A DNA stretch of 37,454 nucleotides from a virus (Duplodnaviria > Caudoviricetes): positions 1 to 37,454 of IMG/VR virus record IMGVR_UViG_3300036802_000127; one strand, written 5' to 3'. The notes below the pieces were generated by a model. The model had not been told where the DNA came from. It made no database searches and was given only the letters and a program-made list of their open reading frames with translations. Position numbers and translations under genes: made by a program. This document shows, in pieces, positions 18,821-26,070 of the stretch (position 1 is its first letter; every line of letters begins with the position of its first letter).

Positions 18821-19027
18821 TCACTCACCTGCAATTTCTATTTGGAAATGAGATGTTACATATCCCTTCACGCACCATTCATCCGTGTGTAAAGGAATAC
18901 CATCAAAATCAATAAATGCATCACCAATGTATATTTCACCGCCACAATGTGCACATTTTATATGAACGTTATCCTTTGACAAATTATGTGGATTACCATT
19001 AGTCATTGGATTTTCTATCATTAACAT
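18821..19027 (-). CDS. Small zinc-finger hypothetical protein
   Basis: MIENPM...CAHCGGEIY...H..WC. Confidence 0.7.
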   Translation of the reverse strand: MLMIENPMTNGNPHNLSKDNVHIKCAHCGGEIYIGDAFIDFDGIPLHTDEWCVKGYVTSHFQIEIAGE

Positions 19028-19254
19028 TCACTTACTTTTCTCATGACACACATATAGAAAAAACTGTCTGTAATTTCAGCGTAAGCATTCTTCAATTTAT
19101 CACTTGTTTTATGAACTTGTTCTTTCCTACTGATAAGACCTGGTTTATGTACTTTTCGTATCGGTGTAATGTGGATGTAACCAGCCTTTTCTTTTTCTTT
19201 CACTAATTTAATAATTTCACGGTAATTTTGATTTTTTAATGTTATTTGGAACAT
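19021..19254 (-). CDS. Hypothetical protein
   Basis: 77 aa basic; AAGGAG RBS. Confidence 0.65.
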   Translation of the reverse strand: MFQITLKNQNYREIIKLVKEKEKAGYIHITPIRKVHKPGLISRKEQVHKTSDKLKNAYAEITDSFFYMCVMRKVSEC

Positions 19255-19313
19255 TTAATCACTCCTTTTCCATATAACTTTTTCATGTTATGATTCTGAT
19301 AAGTTTATTTTGT

Positions 19314-19946
19314 TTAGATCACCTGTTGGAGCAGGTGGTTTTTCTTTTTTCTAGTCGTACTTTTCATTACTCGTTTATACTCAGGATTGATTTTTCTATA
19401 TGCTTTATTTTTCTTTTTGTTAATAGCAAATCTAGTTTTCCCAAGTTCTTTTCCAATCTCTTCATCTGTAAACCCCTGAGCTTTTTTTACTATTATTAAT
19501 TTTTCTTCTGGATTTACTTGACTTAACGCTTGTTCATATTGAATTGCGGTTATAACATCCTCTTCCACATTGACTGTATCAACTGCAAAGAATCCTTCTT
19601 CAGACTCCCCATTTTTATAAAGATCAATAGAATGAAAGTTCATTTTCTCCCTTTCTTCAGGAGTACAATAACTACTAACACTAATAACTCTTCCTTTTTT
19701 GTGTAATTCTCTGACTATCTCAAATTTAAGAGTCATCATTACATAAGTATTAAACGCACCAGCTTTTTTGGGATCGTATTTCAAACACAATTCCCAAAGT
19801 TTCACTTTTCCAATTTGCATCAAATCATCAAGTTCCATATTATTTTTTTCAGCTACTTGCGAAGCTTTAAGATAACCACCAAATATTTGTTTAATTGCTG
19901 CTGGGACCAAATGTTGTTTCTCTTCGAACAACTCTTCAGGTTTCAT
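19314..19946 (-). CDS. Phage sigma-70-family RNA polymerase sigma factor
   Basis: Region 2 DDLMQIG...LW...YDP...FNTY; region 4 HTH TDEEIGKELGKTR. Confidence 0.88.
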   Translation of the reverse strand: MKPEELFEEKQHLVPAAIKQIFGGYLKASQVAEKNNMELDDLMQIGKVKLWELCLKYDPKKAGAFNTYVMMTLKFEIVRELHKKGRVISVSSYCTPEEREKMNFHSIDLYKNGESEEGFFAVDTVNVEEDVITAIQYEQALSQVNPEEKLIIVKKAQGFTDEEIGKELGKTRFAINKKKNKAYRKINPEYKRVMKSTTRKKKNHLLQQVI

Positions 19947-19972
19947 TTTCTTTTACCGTCCTTTCGTTTTTT

Positions 19973-20271
19973 AATCAAATAACGCTTTGGTTTAAATTTC
20001 TTCAACTAACCACGACAGAACATAACCGAATTTATTAAATAATTTTTCAGCTGCAGTATCTGCTCTTTTCTTAGACTTGTATACTTTAGTGTCGATGGTA
20101 ACTCTAGGGAAAGTCACAGGGAAAATTTCATCATGTACAGTATATTGTTTTCCTTCCCAGTACCCATAAACATTACACTGGTCACGTACAAGGGCATCTT
20201 TTTCGCTTGAAAGGTAAATAACATACCCTTTCATTTCTCCACCTACTTTTCTACAAAATTCAAATTTGATT
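19973..20271. mobile_element. Single site-bounded gene cassette
   Basis: Sites AATCAAA-TAACGC-TTTGGTT (19973-19992) and TACAAAA-TTCAAA-TTTGATT (20252-20271) flank ORF 19992..20234. Confidence 0.6.
19992..20234 (-). CDS. Hypothetical protein (cassette)
   Basis: 80 aa; AGGTGGAG RBS. Confidence 0.75.
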   Translation of the reverse strand: MKGYVIYLSSEKDALVRDQCNVYGYWEGKQYTVHDEIFPVTFPRVTIDTKVYKSKKRADTAAEKLFNKFGYVLSWLVEEI

Positions 20272-20298
20272 ACATATTTAGCTAGAGTTATAAACTCC

Positions 20299-20406
20299 TT
20301 ATTTTTCTAAAAGCCTTTTAATTGGTTTATCTAATAAAACTGCAAGCGACATTACTGTACAAATTGTTATCGCTACGATGAATAATGACATTGAACTTTC
20401 TTCCAC
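20299..20406 (-). CDS. Small membrane peptide (35 aa, not in ORF track)
   Basis: AAGGGG RBS, GTG start; MEESSMSLFIVAITICTVMSLAVLLDKPIKRLLEK. Confidence 0.6.
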   Translation of the reverse strand: MEESSMSLFIVAITICTVMSLAVLLDKPIKRLLEK

Positions 20407-20491
20407 ATTCTCATCCCCTTTTGATTATTAAAGGTCAAATTTAGAAGTGTTTTATTCCCCACGGTCAAGTATATATCTAAAAAAAATGACC

Positions 20492-20695
20492 TCATCCATA
20501 TAAGTCGTCCATAGTTGTCGATAAATTATTAGCTATCTTCTTTAAATGCTTTAAACTAGGTGATCTTTCTCCTGCTTCAATCTTGCAGATCATACTTTCA
20601 CTCACATCGGAAAGCCTACCAAGTTCTTTTTGTGTAAGGTTATTCTTTTTTCGAAGTTCCCTTATGTAACTTCCCCTTATTTTCATCGGCTTCAC
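20492..20695 (-). CDS. cro: Cro-like XRE HTH regulator
   Basis: 67 aa HTH_3 (LTQKELG...IEAGERSPS); first gene of lytic early operon, divergent from repressor. Confidence 0.82.
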   Translation of the reverse strand: MKPMKIRGSYIRELRKKNNLTQKELGRLSDVSESMICKIEAGERSPSLKHLKKIANNLSTTMDDLYG

Positions 20696-20713
20696 CTCTC
20701 GATTACAATTTTT

Positions 20714-20742
20714 ATTCTACACAAAACATGACCCACAGTCAA
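20714..20742 (-). promoter_or_regulatory. SigA-type lytic promoter (PR) overlapped by palindromic operator
   Basis: TTGACT-N17-TAGAAT; TGAC-CCACA-GTCA palindrome at 20729-20741 covers the -35. Confidence 0.75.
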
Positions 20743-20866
20743 TAAATAATCTAAAAAAAATTTAAATAAAATACTCTCTGTACTTGAAGTCAAGTTTAAT
20801 GTAGAATGTATATTATAATCAGTTTAAACAAAACGATTGAAATTCTTTTTGAAGGAGAATTAAATT

Positions 20867-21196
20867 ATGTTATCTAAATTAGCCATTAGGTTAAAGGAAG
20901 AGAGGAAGGGACAAAAGCTATCTCAAAAGAAATTAGGCGAGAGAGCTAATGTTACTGAATCATTCATTTCGAAAATCGAGGCTGGCTCAAAGAATCCTTC
21001 TTTAGAGGTTATTACAAAATTAGCTGAGGCATTAAAAGTATCTGTGGACTATTTATTAGGAAATTCCGATCATAAATCCTTGGATAAGGATAAATCAGAT
21101 AAAGTTTCAAAAGAAGCTGCTGAACTTATGGATCGTATCAATAAATTATCTCCAGAAAAGAGACAAGCTATCATGAATTTAATTGATAACTTCTAG
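20867..21196 (+). CDS. cI: CI-like XRE repressor without S24 autopeptidase domain
   Basis: 109 aa HTH_3 plus short helical C-terminus; divergent from cro. Confidence 0.8.
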   Translation: MLSKLAIRLKEERKGQKLSQKKLGERANVTESFISKIEAGSKNPSLEVITKLAEALKVSVDYLLGNSDHKSLDKDKSDKVSKEAAELMDRINKLSPEKRQAIMNLIDNF

Positions 21197-21198
21197 AA

Positions 21199-21235
21199 AC
21201 AAAAAAAGAGAGCTTCTCAGCTCTCAACCTTTTTC
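21199..21235. terminator. Terminator after repressor
   Basis: GAGAGCT-TCTC-AGCTCTC hairpin flanked by A and T tracts. Confidence 0.65.
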
Positions 21236-21321
21236 CTTATCATTCTTCTTTTTTCTACAAGATTCTGTTAAGATGAAGGATAGATACATACTTTTTTAAA
21301 CAACTAACTTTATATAAAAAT

Positions 21322-21425
21322 AAAAAAACCCCCGACAGAAGTTTTTAGATGGTAGAAGGTTGGTCGCCAGAACACCATTTAAAAACCAGAAACAGAGGTT
21401 TTGTATATACGTTAATTTAATTGAT
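21322..21425 (-). ncRNA. Putative countertranscript (copy-control antisense RNA) to the rep leader
   Basis: Minus-strand promoter TTTACG-N17-TACTAT with TG extension (21460-21432); long stem-loop 21326-21402 ending in U-run. Confidence 0.6.
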
Positions 21426-21463
21426 ACTTTGATAGTATCATAAACTCAAAAAAACGTAAATAT

Positions 21464-21520
21464 AAATCCTTTATTTTGCTACACCCAATTTTTGTCGGGC
21501 AGGTAAATGGAGGATTTTTT
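21464..21520 (+). terminator. Attenuator / RBS-sequestering hairpin in the rep leader
   Basis: AAATCCTTTATTT pairs with AAATGGAGGATTT (contains RBS), followed by U-run; alternative pairing 21331-21340 with 21490-21499. Confidence 0.6.
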
Positions 21521-21523
21521 ATT

Positions 21524-22585
21524 ATGTCAAATTTAACAAAAACAACGGAAGAACAAGAAGTAAGAGAATTACAACGTGTAGTTATAAAAGAAGAATTAGT
21601 TTCCCTAACAGGAAAACATTTTGATGCGGCACTATTAAACAACTTGATTTTCTGGGCTGGCATTACAGAAAAAATGGACAATAATCTAAAACTACAGATT
21701 AATCAAATGGAAGCTCGTAAAACTAAACAATCTGTAGTTGATAAAAAGAAAAAGAAAATCCGAAATGGATGGTTTTATAAAACTGGTGATGAACTGCTAT
21801 TTGAAATAATGAATTGGGGAAGTGCTTCCACAATTAGTAGAGCTATTAATAATTTTGTTAAACAAGGATGGGTTGAAAAAGGAAATAATCCTGATCCAAC
21901 TAAAAAGTGGGATAGAACAACTTGGTACAAAATGAACCTTACAAAAATCGCATCTGATTTACATGAACTCGGTTATGCATTAGAAGGTTATACTTTAGTT
22001 CAAAAAACAGAAGAAAACACATCAAAACATGACCCGAAACAAGGAGAAACCACGTCATCATGCATTTTGCAAAATGAAATATGCATCTTGCACAGTGAAA
22101 AATCCATCTTGCACAGTGACGAAACAATACCAGAAGGTTTACTTCAGAAAGAGACTTCATTACCTATTACTGAAGAAGAAGAAATTATAACTAACCCTGT
22201 CACTGAATCTATGATTCTTGATTTAATGAATCAAAAGATTGAAGAGCGAGAGATTACAAACCAAAAAACTATTAAAGCTATTCATGATGTTTCGGCTAAA
22301 TGTAAAGCAATTGGAACTACGGATCTAACAGCTGCTGAAAACTATGTAATAAAAGTTGTGGAAGAAAAGATGTCTAAGCTTGGCCAGAAACAGAAAGTAA
22401 GAACAGGCAAAACTAAAGTATCAGGTTCTAAACCTATACGTACTGAAATGACTCCTGAATGGGTTGGAAAAGAAGATAGTACATCATCAACTGTGGATGG
22501 CAATGGACAAGCTACCGAAGATTTAGAAGATAATCAAAAACGTTTAGATGCTTTATTAGGTAAAAATAAAAAAGAAGAGAACTAA
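21524..22585 (+). CDS. rep: Plasmid-type replication initiator (N-terminal winged HTH)
   Basis: AALLNNLIFW, GWFYKT, TISRAINNFVKQGWV, DRTTWY pattern of wHTH initiators; internal iterons; ATG 21524 after GGAGG. Confidence 0.75.
   Translation: MSNLTKTTEEQEVRELQRVVIKEELVSLTGKHFDAALLNNLIFWAGITEKMDNNLKLQINQMEARKTKQSVVDKKKKKIRNGWFYKTGDELLFEIMNWGSASTISRAINNFVKQGWVEKGNNPDPTKKWDRTTWYKMNLTKIASDLHELGYALEGYTLVQKTEENTSKHDPKQGETTSSCILQNEICILHSEKSILHSDETIPEGLLQKETSLPITEEEEIITNPVTESMILDLMNQKIEEREITNQKTIKAIHDVSAKCKAIGTTDLTAAENYVIKVVEEKMSKLGQKQKVRTGKTKVSGSKPIRTEMTPEWVGKEDSTSSTVDGNGQATEDLEDNQKRLDALLGKNKKEEN
22060..22122 (+). repeat. Three 21-bp iterons inside rep (putative prophage-plasmid origin)
   Basis: ATGCATTTTGCAAAATGAAAT / ATGCATCTTGCACAGTGAAAA / ATCCATCTTGCACAGTGACGA. 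Confidence 0.75.
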
Positions 22586-22671
22586 TCAATAGTCCTCTTC
22601 CACAAAGAGTAAAATACTGTCATATTTTACCGCTATAAATTGGGAAACATTTCTTATACTATGGAATTATA

Positions 22672-23019
22672 TTACAACAAATCCCTGTTTCGAATTAGCA
22701 TATCAGAATAGACAGACATATGTTTAGCGTATTGTCCTTGTTCGCGTCCATTTAGGTTACTGTAGTCCTTTTGGATATCGCTTAATAGTAAATCCAACAA
22801 AGGGTCGTTCTGTTCGTTCTCGAAGCCGAGAAGGGTGTCTGTTGTAACGTTAAAGAATGACGCGAGAATCCTTAAGCTTCCAAGATCAGGTTCATATCGA
22901 TCTGTTTCCCAGTTTTTGAGTTGACCACGAGTAATACGTGTCTTATCAGATAATTGTTCTTGCGTTAAACCAAAAGCTTTTCTTAAACGTTTAATGTTTT
23001 GACCGACTGTGTTTTTCAT
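22672..23019 (-). CDS. XRE-family HTH regulator (ImmR-like)
   Basis: LTQEQLS...WETDRYEPD...FFNVTTDTLLG; ATG 23019 probably leaderless. Confidence 0.85.
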   Translation of the reverse strand: MKNTVGQNIKRLRKAFGLTQEQLSDKTRITRGQLKNWETDRYEPDLGSLRILASFFNVTTDTLLGFENEQNDPLLDLLLSDIQKDYSNLNGREQGQYAKHMSVYSDMLIRNRDLL

Positions 23020-23120
23020 AGTTTTGAGTATAATTACCAAAATATCACTATACCATATTTGGTAGTTAACATGACGTTAATAGAAAATTTGTCCTTGTGA
23101 AGAACTGTAAAAATAAATAT

Positions 23121-23134
23121 AGAACAATTGTTCT
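23121..23134. promoter_or_regulatory. LexA (DinR) SOS box
   Basis: AGAAC-AATT-GTTCT matches Firmicute GAAC-N4-GTTC; overlaps -35 of + strand promoter TAGAAC-N17-TAAAAT (TG-extended). Confidence 0.7.
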
Positions 23135-23510
23135 ATAAGTGGTAAAATATTCATGTACTATTAAATCGTTAGTTAATATGCAAAATTGCATATGCACCGA
23201 AATCTTGATTTATAGCGATAAAAAAACTTTCTCAATATTTAATTTGCAAGTGTTTTGGTAAAATTGTAAAAATTCGTGTTAGTATTTAAATTAACTAAAA
23301 ACGAACGAAAAAGACCCATATGAGCGTGTATAAGTAGTGCTGGTAACACTCTTACACCGTTCCCTAAACCTCGCTTAGGAAACACTTTGCTACATACGAG
23401 TCACATCTAAGTATAACACAAAATTAGGATATTCCCTTCTCGTATTTCGTTTCCGACTTGATAAATTTCGTTAGGATGGCGTCCTGTGTTCAGGAAAGGG
23501 AAGTGTTATT

Positions 23511-24629
23511 GTGGAAAGATTGATTAAAAAGTTAGATGCAGAAAGAGAAAGTAAAGATATCAAAATAAGAGGATTAGCAAGAGTAACTGGGATAGATCGA
23601 TGTGTAATTGAAGAAGGTCTATCAGGCAAAACACAAGAAATGAAATTAGAGAATTTTATCGCTGTTGCATCTAATGTGTACGAAGATTATTCAATTAGAA
23701 AAGAAGTAATTAACAACTTCATTCTACGATGCGAGAAAGACTTAAATATCGTGAAGGCATTTTGTTATTGCCAGGGTCAAGGCGAATACACTGTGATTTC
23801 ACAACTTATAGATAAACACCAAGGAACTAGGACGTTAAAAAAATATTTAACTATATTTGAACTATATAATCAACGAAACTTGAATAAGAAGACAGGTAAA
23901 GAGTTAGAAAAAGCACTTGATGAACAAACATTTTCTAAATTAGCAGAATGCCAGGTTCTAGTGAATATGTTGTACGGATTTGCAATGTATGACATTCCGA
24001 ACTGTCGAGCGATCGTTCCTTATTCAGAAAAAGCAAAAGGAAAATTACCTTTAATTAAAAATAAATTCATTCGAGAATGTTTAGAAATGCAATATAAAGA
24101 GAGAGATGCATTTATAAAGCTATTATCGGATGAAGTAGTAGAATCTCGTAAGGTATGCTGGGACATTATTGATTCAAAGTCAGATTATCAGATGATAAAG
24201 GCATCAGCGTTTTGTTGCTTAGGGGAAAGTTATCAATACGAGTGCTTAGAATCATCTGAAAAGTACCTTTTAAAAGCCGTTGAAGTATTAGAAGAAAATA
24301 AAATTGATAAAAAATCAAAAAAATATGGCTCGTTTAAGACTACTTTAGGACATATATATATAGACAATGCTTTCCACATTGAAAAAATTGAACACGATTA
24401 TCTAAATGTAGGAGAAGAAGCATATTACCAACTTAAATTTGGAGATGCTGCGTTAGGGGAAAAATTATATTCTGAAATGAAGATGACGCCCCACCGAAAA
24501 GCATCTCGAGCTAAAGTAAAAGGTGATATACTAGCTTTAAAAGAAGTTCTTCTAGAATTTGAGAGAAATGGGAACTTATTCTATGCAAACGGCATAAAAA
24601 GAGAAATATTAAAGGACGAGGTGGAGTAA
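23511..24629 (+). CDS. aimR: Arbitrium receptor AimR (RRNPP, HTH + TPR)
   Basis: 372 aa; N-terminal HTH, helical TPR body, C-terminal FERNGNLFYA; immediately followed by a secreted peptide gene. Confidence 0.85.
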   Translation: MERLIKKLDAERESKDIKIRGLARVTGIDRCVIEEGLSGKTQEMKLENFIAVASNVYEDYSIRKEVINNFILRCEKDLNIVKAFCYCQGQGEYTVISQLIDKHQGTRTLKKYLTIFELYNQRNLNKKTGKELEKALDEQTFSKLAECQVLVNMLYGFAMYDIPNCRAIVPYSEKAKGKLPLIKNKFIRECLEMQYKERDAFIKLLSDEVVESRKVCWDIIDSKSDYQMIKASAFCCLGESYQYECLESSEKYLLKAVEVLEENKIDKKSKKYGSFKTTLGHIYIDNAFHIEKIEHDYLNVGEEAYYQLKFGDAALGEKLYSEMKMTPHRKASRAKVKGDILALKEVLLEFERNGNLFYANGIKREILKDEVE

Positions 24630-24630
24630 C

Positions 24631-24771
24631 ATGAAAAGTTTATTATTAGGTTTAGTATTATCATTAGGACTAGGAACAGGCGCAGGCGCTCAAGCGGATG
24701 TACAAGTTGCGAAAGACTCTGTAGATCAACCAGCTGTACAATATATGATGGTCGATCCAGGCGGTCACTAA
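24631..24771 (+). CDS. aimP: Arbitrium pro-peptide AimP (46 aa, not in ORF track)
   Basis: MKSLLLGLVLSLGLGTGAGAQADVQVAKDSVDQPAVQYMMVDPGGH: signal peptide with AQA site, C-terminal MMVDPGGH. Confidence 0.88.
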   Translation: MKSLLLGLVLSLGLGTGAGAQADVQVAKDSVDQPAVQYMMVDPGGH

Positions 24772-24801
24772 GCTTAAATAACAACTACATATAATCGATT
24801 C

Positions 24802-24843
24802 GAAAGACGTTACTATTAATTTAGTGACGTCTTTCCTACTTTT
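24802..24843 (+). terminator. Hairpin terminator after aimP
   Basis: GAAAGACGTTACTA-TTAATT-TAGTGACGTCTTTC followed by ctactttt. Confidence 0.7.
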
Positions 24844-24849
24844 CGGGAA

Positions 24850-24886
24850 AGGCTGATTTAATACTCGTCGATTGAAAAACCAGCCA
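24850..24886. promoter_or_regulatory. Candidate AimR operator
   Basis: GGCTG-N25-CAGCC inverted repeat between aimP terminator and aimX. Confidence 0.55.
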
Positions 24887-24925
24887 CCTAAAATATACCA
24901 ACAAAACTAGGGAGGAAATTATACT

Positions 24926-25066
24926 ATGATGAATCAAGGGGTTGCATTACAAATGGAGCAAGAAAGCACTGTGGAGGACAAGTTACATATCATCTTAGAA
25001 AAAGCGGAGAACGGTGATCCACAGGCGATTGAACTTTTAGAACAAATTAATGCTTTAATGAAATAA
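24926..25066 (+). CDS. aimX: Putative AimX (46 aa, not in ORF track)
   Basis: GGGAGG RBS; MMNQGVALQMEQESTVEDKLHIILEKAENGDPQAIELLEQINALMK; positional call. Confidence 0.6.
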   Translation: MMNQGVALQMEQESTVEDKLHIILEKAENGDPQAIELLEQINALMK

Positions 25067-25089
25067 GAGCTTCGGCTCTTTTTTATTTT
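25065..25089 (+). terminator. Rho-independent terminator after aimX
   Basis: AAGAGC-TTCG-GCTCTT-TTTTATTTT. Confidence 0.85.
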
Positions 25090-25183
25090 GTTCAAACTTA
25101 AAATTTCACATACCATAATGAAAGTATTTTTAAAAGATTTAAAGGGAAAACAATTGCATGAAAGAATAAGTATGATAAAGTAG

Positions 25184-25255
25184 ATTAATATAAACATAAT
25201 CATTAACGTTAATGTAATTATTAATATAAACGTTAACGTTGTTGTTAACGTAAAT
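25184..25255. repeat. Centromere-like hexamer array upstream of parA
   Basis: 12 tandem hexamers, consensus RTTAAY. Confidence 0.7.
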
Positions 25256-25272
25256 TTAATGGAGGTATCAGA

Positions 25273-26070
25273 ATGGCTTATAAATTAGCTTTCGTACAGA
25301 ATAAAGGCGGCGTGTTAAAGTCTTCAATGACTGTAAATTTAGCTGGACTTTATGCGAAACAAGGTAAACGTGTTCTAATTGTGGATGCTGACCAACAAGG
25401 GAATTCACTGTTGTCTTTCGGGAAGAATCCGGACAAGTACCGTACTACATTGCATGACGTTTTAGTTCATTTTGCACCGGCAAGTGAAGCAATAGTTAAT
25501 GTTCATGAAAACATCGATGTATTACCGTCTAATGAAATGATGAGCTTTTTAGATTTCGACATATTGCCTAACTTAGATAAATACATAAATCCATTTTTAC
25601 TTTTAAAGGTGGCGTTAATGTCTGTGGAAGACGATTACGATGTAATCTTATTTGATAGCCCACCATCTTCAGGGTTAATCCAAAGTAATGTAATTTGCTG
25701 TACGGATAAAATTATTATTCCTTTCCAACCGGAACAATATTCCGTACGATCACTAATAAAAATCATCGATGTAATCGGTCAATTTAAAAACAAACATAAT
25801 CCTAATTTAGAGATTACTGGAGTTGTAGCTACATTAGTTCAAAAGAATACTAAGCTTCATACAGAAGCAATGAAACAAGCAAGTCGTTTTTGTGAGAAAG
25901 AAGGCATTCACTTCTTTAAAGCTAATATTCCTAGAACTATTCAATTTGCTAATTCAATTGCTTATAACCAATTACCGCTTACACTTACTAAAAAAGATAA
26001 CGAATTTGCATTTTATTATAAGAATTTATTTAAGGAGCTGAATGATCTTGAAGGAGCGCGAATTGGCTGA
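25273..26070 (+). CDS. parA: ParA/Soj-family partition ATPase (type Ib)
   Basis: Deviant Walker A KGGVLKSS, VDADQQGN, FDSPP; no N-terminal HTH. Confidence 0.92.
   Translation: MAYKLAFVQNKGGVLKSSMTVNLAGLYAKQGKRVLIVDADQQGNSLLSFGKNPDKYRTTLHDVLVHFAPASEAIVNVHENIDVLPSNEMMSFLDFDILPNLDKYINPFLLLKVALMSVEDDYDVILFDSPPSSGLIQSNVICCTDKIIIPFQPEQYSVRSLIKIIDVIGQFKNKHNPNLEITGVVATLVQKNTKLHTEAMKQASRFCEKEGIHFFKANIPRTIQFANSIAYNQLPLTLTKKDNEFAFYYKNLFKELNDLEGARIG

Noticed and set aside
21425-21437. 13-bp identity TACTTTGATAGTA with 28623-28635 of the 12-bp array
   Set aside because: Matches of this length are expected by chance in 37 kb of AT-rich DNA, and here it coincides with the antisense promoter -10.
22609-22630. 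Palindrome GTAAAATA-CTGTCA-TATTTTAC between rep and XRE
   Set aside because: Arm sequence and spacing differ from the cassette sites and it lies between convergent genes; probably a weak terminator or operator, not assignable.
23064-23091. TCATGTTAACT (minus strand) resembling a XerD arm
   Set aside because: No matching XerC arm at 6-bp spacing.
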